Assembly: GCA_024650005.2 (NCBI GenBank)
Contig: CP122380.1
Span: 384,001-448,000, forward strand
DNA length: 64,000 bases
Direction of reading: 5' to 3'
DNA from: Candidatus Bathyarchaeum tardum
Lineage (GTDB): Archaea > Thermoproteota > Bathyarchaeia > Bathyarchaeales > Bathyarchaeaceae
Shown here: in pieces, positions 40,971 through 51,094 of the stretch
How positions within the stretch are numbered: position 1 is the first letter of the stretch
How the letters are laid out: every line of letters begins with the position of its first letter
Translations under genes and position numbers: made by a program
The notes under the pieces: generated by a model
The model's database searches: none
What the model was told of the DNA's origin: nothing
What the model saw: the letters and a program-made list of their open reading frames with translations, nothing else

Positions 40971-41753
40971 TTGATGGGCGTAAAATTAATTGACATTACG
41001 TTGGATAATGTTTGTGAGTATGGTGTTTGTGGTTACAAGAACATCAAGAATAAAGGGCTTCAACGAAAAGTTGAGTGGCTTAAAGCCCGTTTTTCTGAAG
41101 GACTTAAAATCAAATCTATGCTTACAGAAAGCGATGGAACCCAAGGTTTGATTGAATACATTCCCGGAGAATACTGCTGGAGACCTGTTCAAGCAAAAGG
41201 TTACATGTTTATTCACTGCATTTTTTCAGGTTTTAAAAAAATGTACAAAGGCCAAGGCTATGGTTCACTGTTGATTGATGAATGCATAAAAGACGCAAAA
41301 CAGCAAAGAATGACTGGAGTTGCGGTGGTCACCCGTAAAAGTGGGTGGATGGCAGATAACAGAATATTTTTCAAAAAAGGCTTTAAAGTTGTGGACTCTG
41401 CGGCTCCTGATTATAATTTACTTGCCAAAAAATTCAATGCAGATGCACCTGATCCAAAATTTAATGGAACCTGGGAACAAAATTTGAATCGATATTCTGA
41501 AGGATTAACAATTATCTGGTCGGGGCAGTGTCCTTATCCTTCAAAATATGTGGAAGAGTTGGCTGAAACGGCTGAAAAGGAATTCAATATTTTTCCCAAT
41601 GTTGTTGAGTTAAAAACTTGTAAGGATGCTCAAAACAGTCCTTGTCCTTTTGGCGTTTTTTGTGTGACATATAATGGAAAAGTTGTCGCAGGCACTCCAA
41701 TCAGCAAACGCAGGTTAAGTAACATCCTGAAAAAAGAACTAAAACAGAAATAA
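40971..41753 (+). CDS. GNAT acetyltransferase with YoaP domain
   Basis: K..WLK.RF.EGL, IEYIPGEYCWRP, GQGYGSLL, QCPY, AQNSPCPFG. Confidence 0.85.
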   Translation: MMGVKLIDITLDNVCEYGVCGYKNIKNKGLQRKVEWLKARFSEGLKIKSMLTESDGTQGLIEYIPGEYCWRPVQAKGYMFIHCIFSGFKKMYKGQGYGSLLIDECIKDAKQQRMTGVAVVTRKSGWMADNRIFFKKGFKVVDSAAPDYNLLAKKFNADAPDPKFNGTWEQNLNRYSEGLTIIWSGQCPYPSKYVEELAETAEKEFNIFPNVVELKTCKDAQNSPCPFGVFCVTYNGKVVAGTPISKRRLSNILKKELKQK

Positions 41754-41786
41754 ACATCTAGTTACTTTGGTTTTGATATAATCCGG

Positions 41787-44087
41787 CTACTTTTTTGTTG
41801 TGTAAATTGAAGCTCCGTTGTTTGAGTAGATTTTGTCTAATGCTGGGGTCGCGGGAATTGTTGAGACTATTCTTTGGGTGTCTACTGCTACGAATCTGAT
41901 GTTGTTTTCTTCAATGTATGTGAGGAAATCTCGTGCATAAAGGGGAACTTCTGTTTGGTAATCAAACTTGTTTATGAGTTCTTGGAGGGACCACCTTTCA
42001 ATTTCCTCGTCTTGAAAAGCGTGAACAAGAATTGTGTATGATGCTTCTTTTATTTCGTTTTGTGTAATGTTTTCGTAGTAATAGGTGAGCCGCACGGCGT
42101 CGATGAATTTGTTTTCCAGAGCGCCTATATTGCACCAGTTTGGAGGCTGCTTGGTTATTTCAAAACCTGCAATTATGCCGTTTGTTGGGTCAAGAACCGC
42201 CAACCTATTTTCGCTTAGTATATCGGGACCTGCTATTAGTGCCCAGTTTTCTTCAGTGTCTCCAAACTCAGGAATATCCCATGGGTTTTCCCAGTCAATA
42301 ACGTTGGGAATAAACACTTCTTTAAAGTCAAGGGACAAATCAAAAAAGTGTGCAACAGCCAGTCTTGTTTTTGCAAAGTCTTGGTGAGTTAAAAAATCCC
42401 AGTGTACATCGATTAAAGTGTTGGTGCTTTGAACTGTAACTGTTTTTGTTATGGTAAACAGTTCATGGTTATATTCAGTGACTAATTGAGCTTTGTCTGT
42501 GGTGTTCAGGGTCCAATAAACTGATATTTGAGTTTCAGAAAACGGAATTGACACCCACTCTTGGGCATCATTTAAATACCTGAATTCTTCCTCGCTGTTA
42601 GGCATGCTCAGGACTCGTTTCCAAATGTTATAGTTTGAAACATGGATTTCTTGTCCAGAGCTGGGACTTACTATGTCATATTCTCGGGTTGAAGTAACTG
42701 TGTTTTCCATTTCATAGAAACTATACAATACCGATTCTGCAACGACCGACCTAGATGACATGGGATCAACTTCTTGGATCGTGGAAATATCCGTAAATGC
42801 ATAGAACCAACTTCCTGGGCTTCGTGATGTGACTGCTGTGCCTCCTAGTGAAACTGTATGTTCTTTTACCCACAGTCCAGCGCTGTAACTGGGGATGGAG
42901 GCTCGTTGATAATATTCTGGGTATGTATCAAGCCTTTCAACAAAAAGCATTCCTTGAACAACCAATAAAGAACAGATTGATATGATAACGATGATTTTTG
43001 TTATCTCGATTGTTTGTATGTTTTTTACAAATTTTGACAAGACAAACGATTCTAATAGTGTGGGGATTTTTGTGATAAGAAAATAGGTTGCTATTCCACA
43101 AAGAATGGCTATTGGTGTAGCGAAAAAGCTAACGAATCTGCCGTATGGCAGTTGTATTCCAATATGGAAAGATTGGGACCAAAAAACTGGAACTGCAAGC
43201 CAGAAAACTAACAGCACGGAATCTTTGAGGGTCTTTTTTTTCCAAAGTATATAAAACATAATGGGTATGCCAATTATTGCTAGGGGTATAGTTGTTCCAA
43301 AATTTTTGAGCAAGTTTTCAAGACCAACTAAAGGGATTTGGTAATAATTTTCAGTTGAAGAATAAAAAACATAATCGATTATAATGTCAGCGTAATCGAT
43401 TATGACTTGTGCATACCACGCCAGTAAGGCTAATCCGCCGCCAATAATCACTGCAAAAAAGGTGAAAAACCGTTTTTTGGAGCCTATGGAGTTAAGCAAG
43501 AAAACTGGGATAAACATAAAAACAAAAACGAAAGCAGTTAATTGATGGGCTAACCCTAGGGTGAAGGATCCTAAAAACAGCAAAAACAGTTTGGGTTTTG
43601 TTTTGATTTCTTTGGTCATTATATAAAAAATGAATGCAATGTATGCCAGTCCCATGAGGTTGGCGTAGCCTCCCCAAAAAACCATTTCAGACAGTGGAAC
43701 CGACAAAATTACAAAAAGTGATGCTACTACTGCAGTGCCTATTCCAAAAATTTTTCGTGCTAACAGATATACAGACAAGAGAGCCAATACATTGAATGTT
43801 GCGATTAATAGTTTTAGTATGAATGCTGCAACCATCACGTCCATGGTGCCTGCAAAAATTTGTAAAATTGCAAGTATTGTATGGAAGAATGGTGGATACC
43901 ATGCGACTTCGCTGTAGCTGATTTTTTCATCTAATATGATTTGTTTTGATTTTGCTAGGTGCACAGCGGGGTCATTTCCGGGTAGGACTCCAGTTGTGGA
44001 TAGTTCATATACTGTGACCGTGAACAGTGTGGTGACTGCGATAAGAACGAAAACCATTTCGATGGTAGAAAATTTTGGTTTTTTCAT
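41787..44087 (-). CDS. Polytopic membrane protein, GT-C-like glycosyltransferase family
   Basis: PGNDPAVH, WYPPFFH, WGGYANL, about 12 TM segments and a large C-terminal soluble domain. Confidence 0.65.
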   Translation of the reverse strand: MKKPKFSTIEMVFVLIAVTTLFTVTVYELSTTGVLPGNDPAVHLAKSKQIILDEKISYSEVAWYPPFFHTILAILQIFAGTMDVMVAAFILKLLIATFNVLALLSVYLLARKIFGIGTAVVASLFVILSVPLSEMVFWGGYANLMGLAYIAFIFYIMTKEIKTKPKLFLLFLGSFTLGLAHQLTAFVFVFMFIPVFLLNSIGSKKRFFTFFAVIIGGGLALLAWYAQVIIDYADIIIDYVFYSSTENYYQIPLVGLENLLKNFGTTIPLAIIGIPIMFYILWKKKTLKDSVLLVFWLAVPVFWSQSFHIGIQLPYGRFVSFFATPIAILCGIATYFLITKIPTLLESFVLSKFVKNIQTIEITKIIVIISICSLLVVQGMLFVERLDTYPEYYQRASIPSYSAGLWVKEHTVSLGGTAVTSRSPGSWFYAFTDISTIQEVDPMSSRSVVAESVLYSFYEMENTVTSTREYDIVSPSSGQEIHVSNYNIWKRVLSMPNSEEEFRYLNDAQEWVSIPFSETQISVYWTLNTTDKAQLVTEYNHELFTITKTVTVQSTNTLIDVHWDFLTHQDFAKTRLAVAHFFDLSLDFKEVFIPNVIDWENPWDIPEFGDTEENWALIAGPDILSENRLAVLDPTNGIIAGFEITKQPPNWCNIGALENKFIDAVRLTYYYENITQNEIKEASYTILVHAFQDEEIERWSLQELINKFDYQTEVPLYARDFLTYIEENNIRFVAVDTQRIVSTIPATPALDKIYSNNGASIYTTKK

Positions 44088-44290
44088 TAATTATCCTCCA
44101 CAACATGTCGTGATGATTATGTGTAAGTGAATTTAGAATATAAAAACATCCAATCATTGGGAAGATGCATTTTGGATGTTTTATTTGGGAATATATCGGT
44201 TTACGTAAATAATTCAGATTTTCTAATAGTAAGTTCCTAGAAACTTTGCTTTTTAATGCTTCTTGTCTCTTTAGAGTTGAGGTTAAAGTC

Positions 44291-44500
44291 ATGAATCATC
44301 TGTTTTGTGATTGTTGTGGAGATGCCGTTACAGCGGTCTACCCCTGTAAGTTTGAGTTTCATGACAAATTAACCTGCGATTTTAACATTTGCCTCGATTG
44401 TATGGACAATGGAATATTAAGAATTAATCTCAAACGTAAAAGGCTTGTTTCCCAAATCAAGTTTAAGCTTGCAAAACGCAACAAAAAAGCCAGTCAATAA
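44291..44500 (+). CDS. Small putative Zn-finger protein with basic tail
   Basis: GAGG SD, then MNHLFCDCCG...ICLDC...KRKR. Confidence 0.55.
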   Translation: MNHLFCDCCGDAVTAVYPCKFEFHDKLTCDFNICLDCMDNGILRINLKRKRLVSQIKFKLAKRNKKASQ

Positions 44501-44595
44501 AATTTGACTAGATGTTCAGGATGCAGAACAAAGTGTTCTAATCCATGGAACTAAATCTAGCGTAGATACAGTATAACTGGAATGGGGTGCATGTG

Positions 44596-44688
44596 ATGCT
44601 GTGTTCGATAAAACATGTGAGCATAAACGAACTGGATGAACTAGTTGAAACTATTGCTCGCACAAATCTTAAATCTGCTAGGAGTTAA
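44596..44688 (+). CDS. Possible 30-aa small protein
   Basis: MLCSIKHVSINELDELVETIARTNLKSARS after GGGGTG. Confidence 0.25.
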   Translation: MLCSIKHVSINELDELVETIARTNLKSARS

Positions 44689-44695
44689 AGCCGTT

Positions 44696-46894
44696 TCATT
44701 TTGTTACTTCGAAAACAGCCACATGCCCACAATTCAACACTAATCTGTAACGGGAATCTTGGGCAAACTTCATGTACAACGATTCATCCCTACATGCCAC
44801 ATAAGAAACATCAAACTCTTCAAGCATGTCTGAGTATTTCCAAACAGTAACTGGCTCTTCGTAATCTTCTGACACTCCTAACAGATCAGTTTCATGGTCA
44901 TCTAAATAGTTTGAAAAGTGGTGATAGACTGTATTTTTTAGGTCAAAAACGCTGACAAATATTTTTGCTGTTATACTTGAGTTTTGTGTGCTGTATTCTA
45001 GATAGCATGTTTTGTCGCTCATTTCACTTGCTTGAACTGCTAAATCCAAAACCACTTGTCCCCCTACTTGTTCATATCCATTGAAAACCCCAATTCTCTT
45101 TTTTGAAGTTTCTGTTATATTCATGAATATTGGCTCATCTGATGTCGTATTCATGGTAAGACCTAAACCAAAAACGTCAATTTCATCGCTTTGAACATCA
45201 TATTTTAGTTCTGCAAATTTTGCACCTTTTTCCAGTTTAACAGTTTTTGTTACAGTAAACTCCTCGTTTTCGTAGATTGTTGTTAGAACTGCCAAGTTTT
45301 CATCGTATTCAATTGTGTTTTGGTCAATTTGCATTTCTGTTAGGCTTATGTTTTGATGGTTAGATTGGATTACTATTCGGTTGTTTTCAAAAAATATCAA
45401 CTCAACAGATTCTCCTGCCCATTTTTCATAAATGAATACCGGGTTGTGGCGGGACTGGTATGGTCCATCTTCGTTAATTTGAATGAACCCGTTGTTGATT
45501 TGATAGTTCGTATTGAGTATCAGATAGGCGACTTTTGCTATTTCCAGTTCGTGGGAGTATATCAAAAATTCTAAACCTGCTGCACTCAGGGTTGGGCGTT
45601 GGCTGATTCCTGAAAGCCACCATCCCATGAAGTGATCTGCTACCATGACTGAGCCTTCGGGTGTGTTAAGGGCAATCCAGTGCAGTGTTGTTACTTCGGG
45701 TTGTTTTATTGCTGTGTAATAGTCTGCTGTACTCTTTGTATCCTTTGGGTATATGGACCACGATGAAGCTGTTATGAAAACAAAAATTGCTACAACAAAG
45801 GTTACTGTTGGAAGAATTTTTTTAATTTTTTTCCATCGAATTTTTGGGCACCAGTTTATGGCGAGGGTGGTGCATCTGTTCAGGTACATCAGTCCTGCAG
45901 AGATGATGATTATTCCTGGAAAGTCGATAAAATACGTGAACCGTGAGTAGTCGGTGTAGATTCCAAACAAGTGTCCTTGAGTCATAACTATGGGTACCAA
46001 GAACCATGCAAACAGTAGCAGGCTGGATTTATCTATCCACCGATTTCTGCTGTATTTTAACATTAACAGTGCCGGAATTAAAACAATAATTAACAGCAAG
46101 ATTATTGGCTCTATTGTGTGGTTTGCTATGATTATGCTTTTGTTTTCTAGTCCTCCTGTTAATGCGCCTTCAGTGGATGCACTCAAGTAAAAGTTGATAA
46201 CTCGCATTATCCATGGTGAAACTAAAACAATTCCTGCCCCTAGGGTAATCATAAAAAATTTTAGCATGTTTTGGATTTGCATTTTTTCTAGTTTACACAG
46301 TTTTCCTACTATCAAGAAAATTAGGTAAACTACCAAGATTGGTATAAACACGGACAAACTGAAGGTGTGAGTTAGTATCAAAACTCCTGATAATATTCCG
46401 CCGATTATCAGGTGTTTGTTTGTAGGGTTGTCGTTTTCTCTGAGGAACACGTAAAAAATGATTATTATTAGCGAAAGAGAAATTATGTTTGTGTATCCTC
46501 CCCAGCTTATCATTTCAAAGCTTAAGGTAGAAATGGATGCGAAAAAGGCTGCGATGTACCCAGCGTTGGGGGTTTTCCACATTCGTTTTGCTACACAGTA
46601 TGCTGGAAAAACTATGATGGCGCTAAAAAATATGGCAGTAACAATCTCTGCAAGTATTACTGGCATTCCTGAAAACAGCATTAACGTGGAAACAAAAAAA
46701 TGAAAACCCACCGGAGTCGCCAAAGGCTGGCCTCCCATGTGGTACGAGTTCCATTCGGGCAATGTTCCATTTTCCAGAATCAAGTTGATTATGCTACCAT
46801 GAAACCCAATATCTGAACTTGGCGGATACTCATTATGAAAAATTGCTGCTGCCCTAAAAGCCAAAGAGAAACAAAAAATCGTAAACAACAGCAA
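44696..46894 (-). CDS. Polytopic membrane protein, GT-C-like; paralogue of 41787-44087
   Basis: PSSDIGFH, PVGFH, WGGYTNI; same architecture. Start codon uncertain. Confidence 0.65.
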   Translation of the reverse strand: MLLFTIFCFSLAFRAAAIFHNEYPPSSDIGFHGSIINLILENGTLPEWNSYHMGGQPLATPVGFHFFVSTLMLFSGMPVILAEIVTAIFFSAIIVFPAYCVAKRMWKTPNAGYIAAFFASISTLSFEMISWGGYTNIISLSLIIIIFYVFLRENDNPTNKHLIIGGILSGVLILTHTFSLSVFIPILVVYLIFLIVGKLCKLEKMQIQNMLKFFMITLGAGIVLVSPWIMRVINFYLSASTEGALTGGLENKSIIIANHTIEPIILLLIIVLIPALLMLKYSRNRWIDKSSLLLFAWFLVPIVMTQGHLFGIYTDYSRFTYFIDFPGIIIISAGLMYLNRCTTLAINWCPKIRWKKIKKILPTVTFVVAIFVFITASSWSIYPKDTKSTADYYTAIKQPEVTTLHWIALNTPEGSVMVADHFMGWWLSGISQRPTLSAAGLEFLIYSHELEIAKVAYLILNTNYQINNGFIQINEDGPYQSRHNPVFIYEKWAGESVELIFFENNRIVIQSNHQNISLTEMQIDQNTIEYDENLAVLTTIYENEEFTVTKTVKLEKGAKFAELKYDVQSDEIDVFGLGLTMNTTSDEPIFMNITETSKKRIGVFNGYEQVGGQVVLDLAVQASEMSDKTCYLEYSTQNSSITAKIFVSVFDLKNTVYHHFSNYLDDHETDLLGVSEDYEEPVTVWKYSDMLEEFDVSYVACRDESLYMKFAQDSRYRLVLNCGHVAVFEVTK

Positions 46895-47037
46895 AAGACC
46901 CTTATGCTTCGTATTAAACCACCAACGTAACTACTGAATACCCATTATTTAGCATATTTTTAAATAATGACGTTTTCCACCAAGTCTGCCTGAGGCTCCT
47001 TTAAGTTTGAAGGATACTGCACAACTCGGTTGATAAC

Positions 47038-47778
47038 CTATAACATAACAGCAAGCAACATAATCAGCACAACAACCCTTGTAATTTCATGGGTTGCCCC
47101 CATCACATCACCTGTAACACTTTCCAAGGTTTTGTTAGAGAATGTTGTCAAAACCCCCACAGAGATTCCCATGGCAGCAATGACCACAGCAAACCAAATT
47201 CCAACCAAAACAAACCCAACAACTGAACACAAAAACACCGAAGCAAGAGCTTTAGCGTGCTTGTTTTCCATTGCCTCGACCACGTAATAGCCTGAACCCT
47301 TGTAATCAGGTTTTTTGCCTAAGTAAGCCATTAAAACCATGCTTTCTTTTGCTAAAGTTTCTGCGACTATGGCAACTTTTAGAATATTCAAACCCGAAAA
47401 ACTACCAAAGGACAATCCCGCCAAAATCACAACAATGACCCCTGAGGTTACTGCTGCTGCTCCTGTAAACATGTCATGCATAATTTCTAACCGTTTCTTG
47501 GTGTCTCCTCGCGCCATGGCTGCGTCACTGAAATCTAACAGTCCGTCCATGTGATGAAAACCTGTTAGCAACTCTAGAATAACTAACACAAAAAAACCGC
47601 AAATCATTTGGGGCAAAAACATGTTTGCCAAATAACCAAAGCCTCCCGCAATGGCTCCAAGAACTAGACCTACTATGGGCGCCAAAAAAAAATACTTAGA
47701 CAGGGCTTCCATGGACTCCATTCCTATGGGTAAAATTGTCAAAAAACCAAATAATCCTTTTAACCCTTTGATTATCAA
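47038..47778 (-). CDS. cobS: Adenosylcobinamide-GDP ribazoletransferase (cobalamin synthase)
   Basis: FLTILP, LTGFHHMDGLLDFSDA, RLEIMHD, TGDVMGA. Confidence 0.93.
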   Translation of the reverse strand: MIIKGLKGLFGFLTILPIGMESMEALSKYFFLAPIVGLVLGAIAGGFGYLANMFLPQMICGFFVLVILELLTGFHHMDGLLDFSDAAMARGDTKKRLEIMHDMFTGAAAVTSGVIVVILAGLSFGSFSGLNILKVAIVAETLAKESMVLMAYLGKKPDYKGSGYYVVEAMENKHAKALASVFLCSVVGFVLVGIWFAVVIAAMGISVGVLTTFSNKTLESVTGDVMGATHEITRVVVLIMLLAVML

Positions 47779-47955
47779 AAGCTTAACTCCTTTGATGCAT
47801 ACGGTTTGGTGAAAAGAATCTATTCAACAGTTCTCTTTTAATGTTGCCCAACAAAACACCATAATTTTTATTATAATAATGACATTTCGACAAAAAGCTT
47901 ATACGCGTGTCTATCCATAAAGCCCTCGTTATTCAACCAAAAGGATGGAAATCTT

Positions 47956-48384
47956 ATGTCTTGGTTAAAATCTATGATGGAAAAAGAACCGGCAGAATCT
48001 GAAAACCCAATTGGAATTGTAGTAATCGGCACACTAGACCCCGACGTGCACTTAACCCCTAAAGAAATGGTAAGAAAATCACTCACCAAAGCCGAATTCA
48101 AATGTTACGACGTAGGCAAAAAAGCACCTGCAGCTGACTTTGTAAGCAAAGCAAAAGAAGTCAACGCAGACATCATTGCAGTATCAATCAATACTGCACC
48201 AGCAAAAAACAACCTACCTGACTTAATGTCACAAATTGAAGCCGCAGGTCTCAAAGGCAAAGTTATAATTATGATTGGCGGCGCAGCAGTAGACGAAGAC
48301 GACGCAGAAGAAATCGGTGCACTATTCGGTGAAACTCGAGAAGAAGCCGTAGCCATCGCCAAAAAAGCAATGGCATCCAAATAA
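47956..48384 (+). CDS. Stand-alone B12-binding (corrinoid) domain protein with atypical motif
   Basis: VVIGTLDPDVHLTPKEMV (compare GTVxGDxHDIGKNLV), YDVG, ADIIAVS, IMIGGAAV; no N-terminal cap domain. Confidence 0.8.
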   Translation: MSWLKSMMEKEPAESENPIGIVVIGTLDPDVHLTPKEMVRKSLTKAEFKCYDVGKKAPAADFVSKAKEVNADIIAVSINTAPAKNNLPDLMSQIEAAGLKGKVIIMIGGAAVDEDDAEEIGALFGETREEAVAIAKKAMASK

Positions 48385-48385
48385 G

Positions 48386-48406
48386 CTCGACGGAAACTTC
48401 GTCGAG
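48386..48406 (+). other. Intercistronic GC-rich hairpin
   Basis: CTCGACG-GAAACTT-CGTCGAG between the corrinoid-protein stop and the mtrH-like start. Confidence 0.6.
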
Positions 48407-48415
48407 TAAACTAAA

Positions 48416-49345
48416 GTGAGCAAGAAAATGTTCAGATTCGAAAGAACACAAAAAATTGTTGAAGCTGGCGGTATCAAACTCGGTGGACAGCCCGGAGAAT
48501 GTCCAACTGTTCTCACTGCTTCAATCTTTTACATTGGACAAAAAATAGTAACAGACAAAAAGCTAGGAACTTTCGACAAAGCCAAAGCTGAAGCACTCAT
48601 CAATAGGCTTGATGTGCTCTCTGATATGACAACCAACCCATTCATTGTGGACGTTGTCGGAACTTCAGTTGAATCTTTCCAAAGATACATTGAATTTGTT
48701 GCAAAAGTAACTGATGCTCCAATCCAAATTGACGCAATCAGCCCAAAACTCCGAATGGAAGCAATCAAATGGGCTGCAGAAGTTGGATTATCTCCACGAC
48801 TCATTAACAACTCTATCTACAAAGGCGTTAAAGACAAAGAACTCGAAAACCTAAAAGAATGTGGCGTAAAAGCTTCAATTGTCTTGTGTGACAACCCAAC
48901 AGATGATACTGTTGAAGGAAAGCTATCTGCACTGGAAGCGGCATTGCCTCTGGCTGAACAAGCTGGAATCGAAGGAATGCTCATTGACACATCCATGTCC
49001 GCATGGGGCATTGGTGTAGGTGCAGGTCTTCAAGCAATTAAAGTCATCAAAGAAAAATATGGTGACATCGGAGCCGTAGGAACTGGAATCGGAAACGTTT
49101 CCGACACACTCGGATGGGTTAAAGGGAATTTCTCAAAAGAAGTTAAGAAAGCAACTGACGCAGCACAAAACGCAATTCTGCCAATGATTGGTGCAGACTG
49201 GATTATGTTTGGTCCAATCGAATTCGCAGAATATGTATTTCCTGCTGTAGCTGTAATTGATACCTACATTCTAACTGCAACCGCAGACCTAGGAACACGG
49301 CCCCACGAAGAAGGCAAACACCCACTATTCAAACTAGTCGGTTAA
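48416..49345 (+). CDS. mtrH: MtrH-like corrinoid:tetrahydromethanopterin/folate methyltransferase
   Basis: MFRFE..QK...GG.K.GGQPGE.PTVL..SIFY, G.FDK..AE.LIN, GAD...FGPIE, HPLFKL. Confidence 0.88.
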   Translation: MSKKMFRFERTQKIVEAGGIKLGGQPGECPTVLTASIFYIGQKIVTDKKLGTFDKAKAEALINRLDVLSDMTTNPFIVDVVGTSVESFQRYIEFVAKVTDAPIQIDAISPKLRMEAIKWAAEVGLSPRLINNSIYKGVKDKELENLKECGVKASIVLCDNPTDDTVEGKLSALEAALPLAEQAGIEGMLIDTSMSAWGIGVGAGLQAIKVIKEKYGDIGAVGTGIGNVSDTLGWVKGNFSKEVKKATDAAQNAILPMIGADWIMFGPIEFAEYVFPAVAVIDTYILTATADLGTRPHEEGKHPLFKLVG

Positions 49346-49365
49346 GCCTAAACCAAAAATCTTCC

Positions 49366-49395
49366 AATGGGCTATTGCCCATTTTTTATTTTTTT
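49366..49395 (+). terminator. Hairpin plus U-tract terminator
   Basis: AATGGGC-TATT-GCCCATT followed by TTTTATTTTTT. Confidence 0.7.
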
Positions 49396-49511
49396 AATAT
49401 AATTTTAGTTAATACTTTGGTCGTTTTCTCATGAATATTTTTTGAGTTTTTATTCTTTAGAAGAACTACTTTTTTATGTAAACTCGATGATAAGGAAAGG
49501 CTGGTGAACAA

Positions 49512-50081
49512 ATGACGCTACTGGAATCAGTAATCTTAGACGTTTTGGAAACCGATCAACCAGAAAACGTGGAACAGTTAGTTCGTATTGTTCAAAATCA
49601 AGTCGACGCGAGTCTAGATGAAATTAAAGCCGAAATCAAAAGACTCCACAAAAAAGGAATGGTTTCCCTCGAAGAGCCAAAAACGCCCAAACAAAACTTT
49701 GTACAATTTCTTTTTGCAAAAGATAATTACTGGTTCTGGATTATCATGGTTACCTCCATATTGACGTTTGCTTCTATTGTTTTGATTCCTGAAAACCAAG
49801 GTTTAGTATCTTACATACGATACGTGTTTGCTTTTGTTCTGGTAGCTTTCTTGCCTGGATACTGTTTAACAAAAACTTTGTTCCCCAAAAAAACAACATT
49901 GGACCCAATCGAAATAATCGTTTTTTCTATCGGACTAAGCTTTGCCCTTACAACATTAATGGGGCTCTTTTTGAGTTTTAGTTCAATTGGGTTAACTCTA
50001 GCAACAACCCTTCCTACTTTAACGGTTATTGTGGTTGTTTTGGCTATGTTGGCTTTACTAAGAACTTACAAAAAACAGTAA
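49512..50081 (+). CDS. DUF1616-like membrane protein with N-terminal soluble domain
   Basis: IRYVF....V.FLPGY.L...LFP, LD.IE.I..SIGLS.A. Confidence 0.75.
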   Translation: MTLLESVILDVLETDQPENVEQLVRIVQNQVDASLDEIKAEIKRLHKKGMVSLEEPKTPKQNFVQFLFAKDNYWFWIIMVTSILTFASIVLIPENQGLVSYIRYVFAFVLVAFLPGYCLTKTLFPKKTTLDPIEIIVFSIGLSFALTTLMGLFLSFSSIGLTLATTLPTLTVIVVVLAMLALLRTYKKQ

Positions 50082-50132
50082 CCAAGATTTCATTTTTACG
50101 AAATCTACAAAGTATCCTATTAGATTTAAAAT

Positions 50133-50160
50133 AAAAAAAATAAAAGAAAGGCCGAAGCCT
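50133..50160 (-). terminator. UUCG-tetraloop hairpin plus U-tract
   Basis: Minus strand reads AGGC-TTCG-GCCT-TTCTTTTATTTTTTTT, downstream of the 50186-51094 gene. Confidence 0.7.
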
Positions 50161-50185
50161 CTGGTTAAAACACTTGGTTGTTTAC

Positions 50186-51094
50186 TTAGAACAAACTGTC
50201 CCATCTGTTAAACAGATCGAGAGCTGGTTGTCCACCGTAGTCACTTAGCGAGTCTCTATATTCGCCTTTTTCTGTTACTGCTTTCTGGAATTTGACCATG
50301 TTATCTGCAACGTCTGCAAGATAGATGATGCCGTCAATTCCAGTTCGCATTACACGAACAGAAAGTCTGATCAAGTGTTCGGTTGTTGGACAGTTGTTTG
50401 GATCGTCGCCTGGGCCACATACGTAAACGTTAGAATATACTGGTTTTTCTGGGAAGATTCTCCTGAAAGCGCGTGCAAGCATTTCCCAATACCATGAAGT
50501 TGCATAGTTCTGAGAGAACATTACAATGTTGAATGCGTCACAGATTTTGTATAGTTCTTTAAAGTCCATACCAAAGCGTTGGTCTGCGTTTGCTGGGTCA
50601 GGTAGAACTGCTAGTACTAGTTTGGTTTTTACACGTTCTTTTACGTCTTTGATGAATTCTGTGATTGTTTGGTTGCGCCATTCGAACCATTCAAGTCCGC
50701 TTTCTTTCCAGAGTTTGTTGCATCGTTCACAGGTGCAGTGTCCGTGGTCAGCAAAGTGCCAGCTGTTCAAGAAGATTGGCTGGTTTGTTGCTTCTACTGT
50801 TTTCTGTATGTAGTCTAGTTGTTCTTCTCTAAATTCTGGAACTGTGGGGCACAAAACGTCCCAGTGTAGGTTATATTGATTGTTTCCTCGTACTCCTCGT
50901 CCACGTGCTGATTCAGAAACCCATTCTGGGTGAGCACGACCAGTTACGTTGTCGCCGAAAACTGCAATGTTGTTCCACATGTCATTTTGTGGGGTTCCGC
51001 GTCGTCCTGTTTCTGGTTTCAGTCGGTACACATCAAAGTCGAATCCTTCAACCTTCTTTGGTTCATAAAGGTAATTGCCGAATTCCATCCTCAT
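50186..51094 (-). CDS. Uncharacterised TIM-barrel-like protein with H...CxCxxC motif, paralogue A
   Basis: YEP..VEGFD..VY, HPEWV, WDVLCP, HFADHGHCTCERC, SGLEWFEWRNQTITEF, PDP....RFGMDF. Confidence 0.8.
   Translation of the reverse strand: MRMEFGNYLYEPKKVEGFDFDVYRLKPETGRRGTPQNDMWNNIAVFGDNVTGRAHPEWVSESARGRGVRGNNQYNLHWDVLCPTVPEFREEQLDYIQKTVEATNQPIFLNSWHFADHGHCTCERCNKLWKESGLEWFEWRNQTITEFIKDVKERVKTKLVLAVLPDPANADQRFGMDFKELYKICDAFNIVMFSQNYATSWYWEMLARAFRRIFPEKPVYSNVYVCGPGDDPNNCPTTEHLIRLSVRVMRTGIDGIIYLADVADNMVKFQKAVTEKGEYRDSLSDYGGQPALDLFNRWDSLF

Noticed and set aside
46931-46945. Pyrrolysine/amber readthrough
   Set aside because: TAG is an ordinary stop for several conserved genes here (truD, GGR, ribL, cobS), no pyl genes are visible, and a TATA-like box suggests the upstream ATG may not be transcribed.
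48416-49345. Methanogenesis Mtr complex
   Set aside because: Only an MtrH-like gene is present; no mtrA-G or mcr genes in the window.
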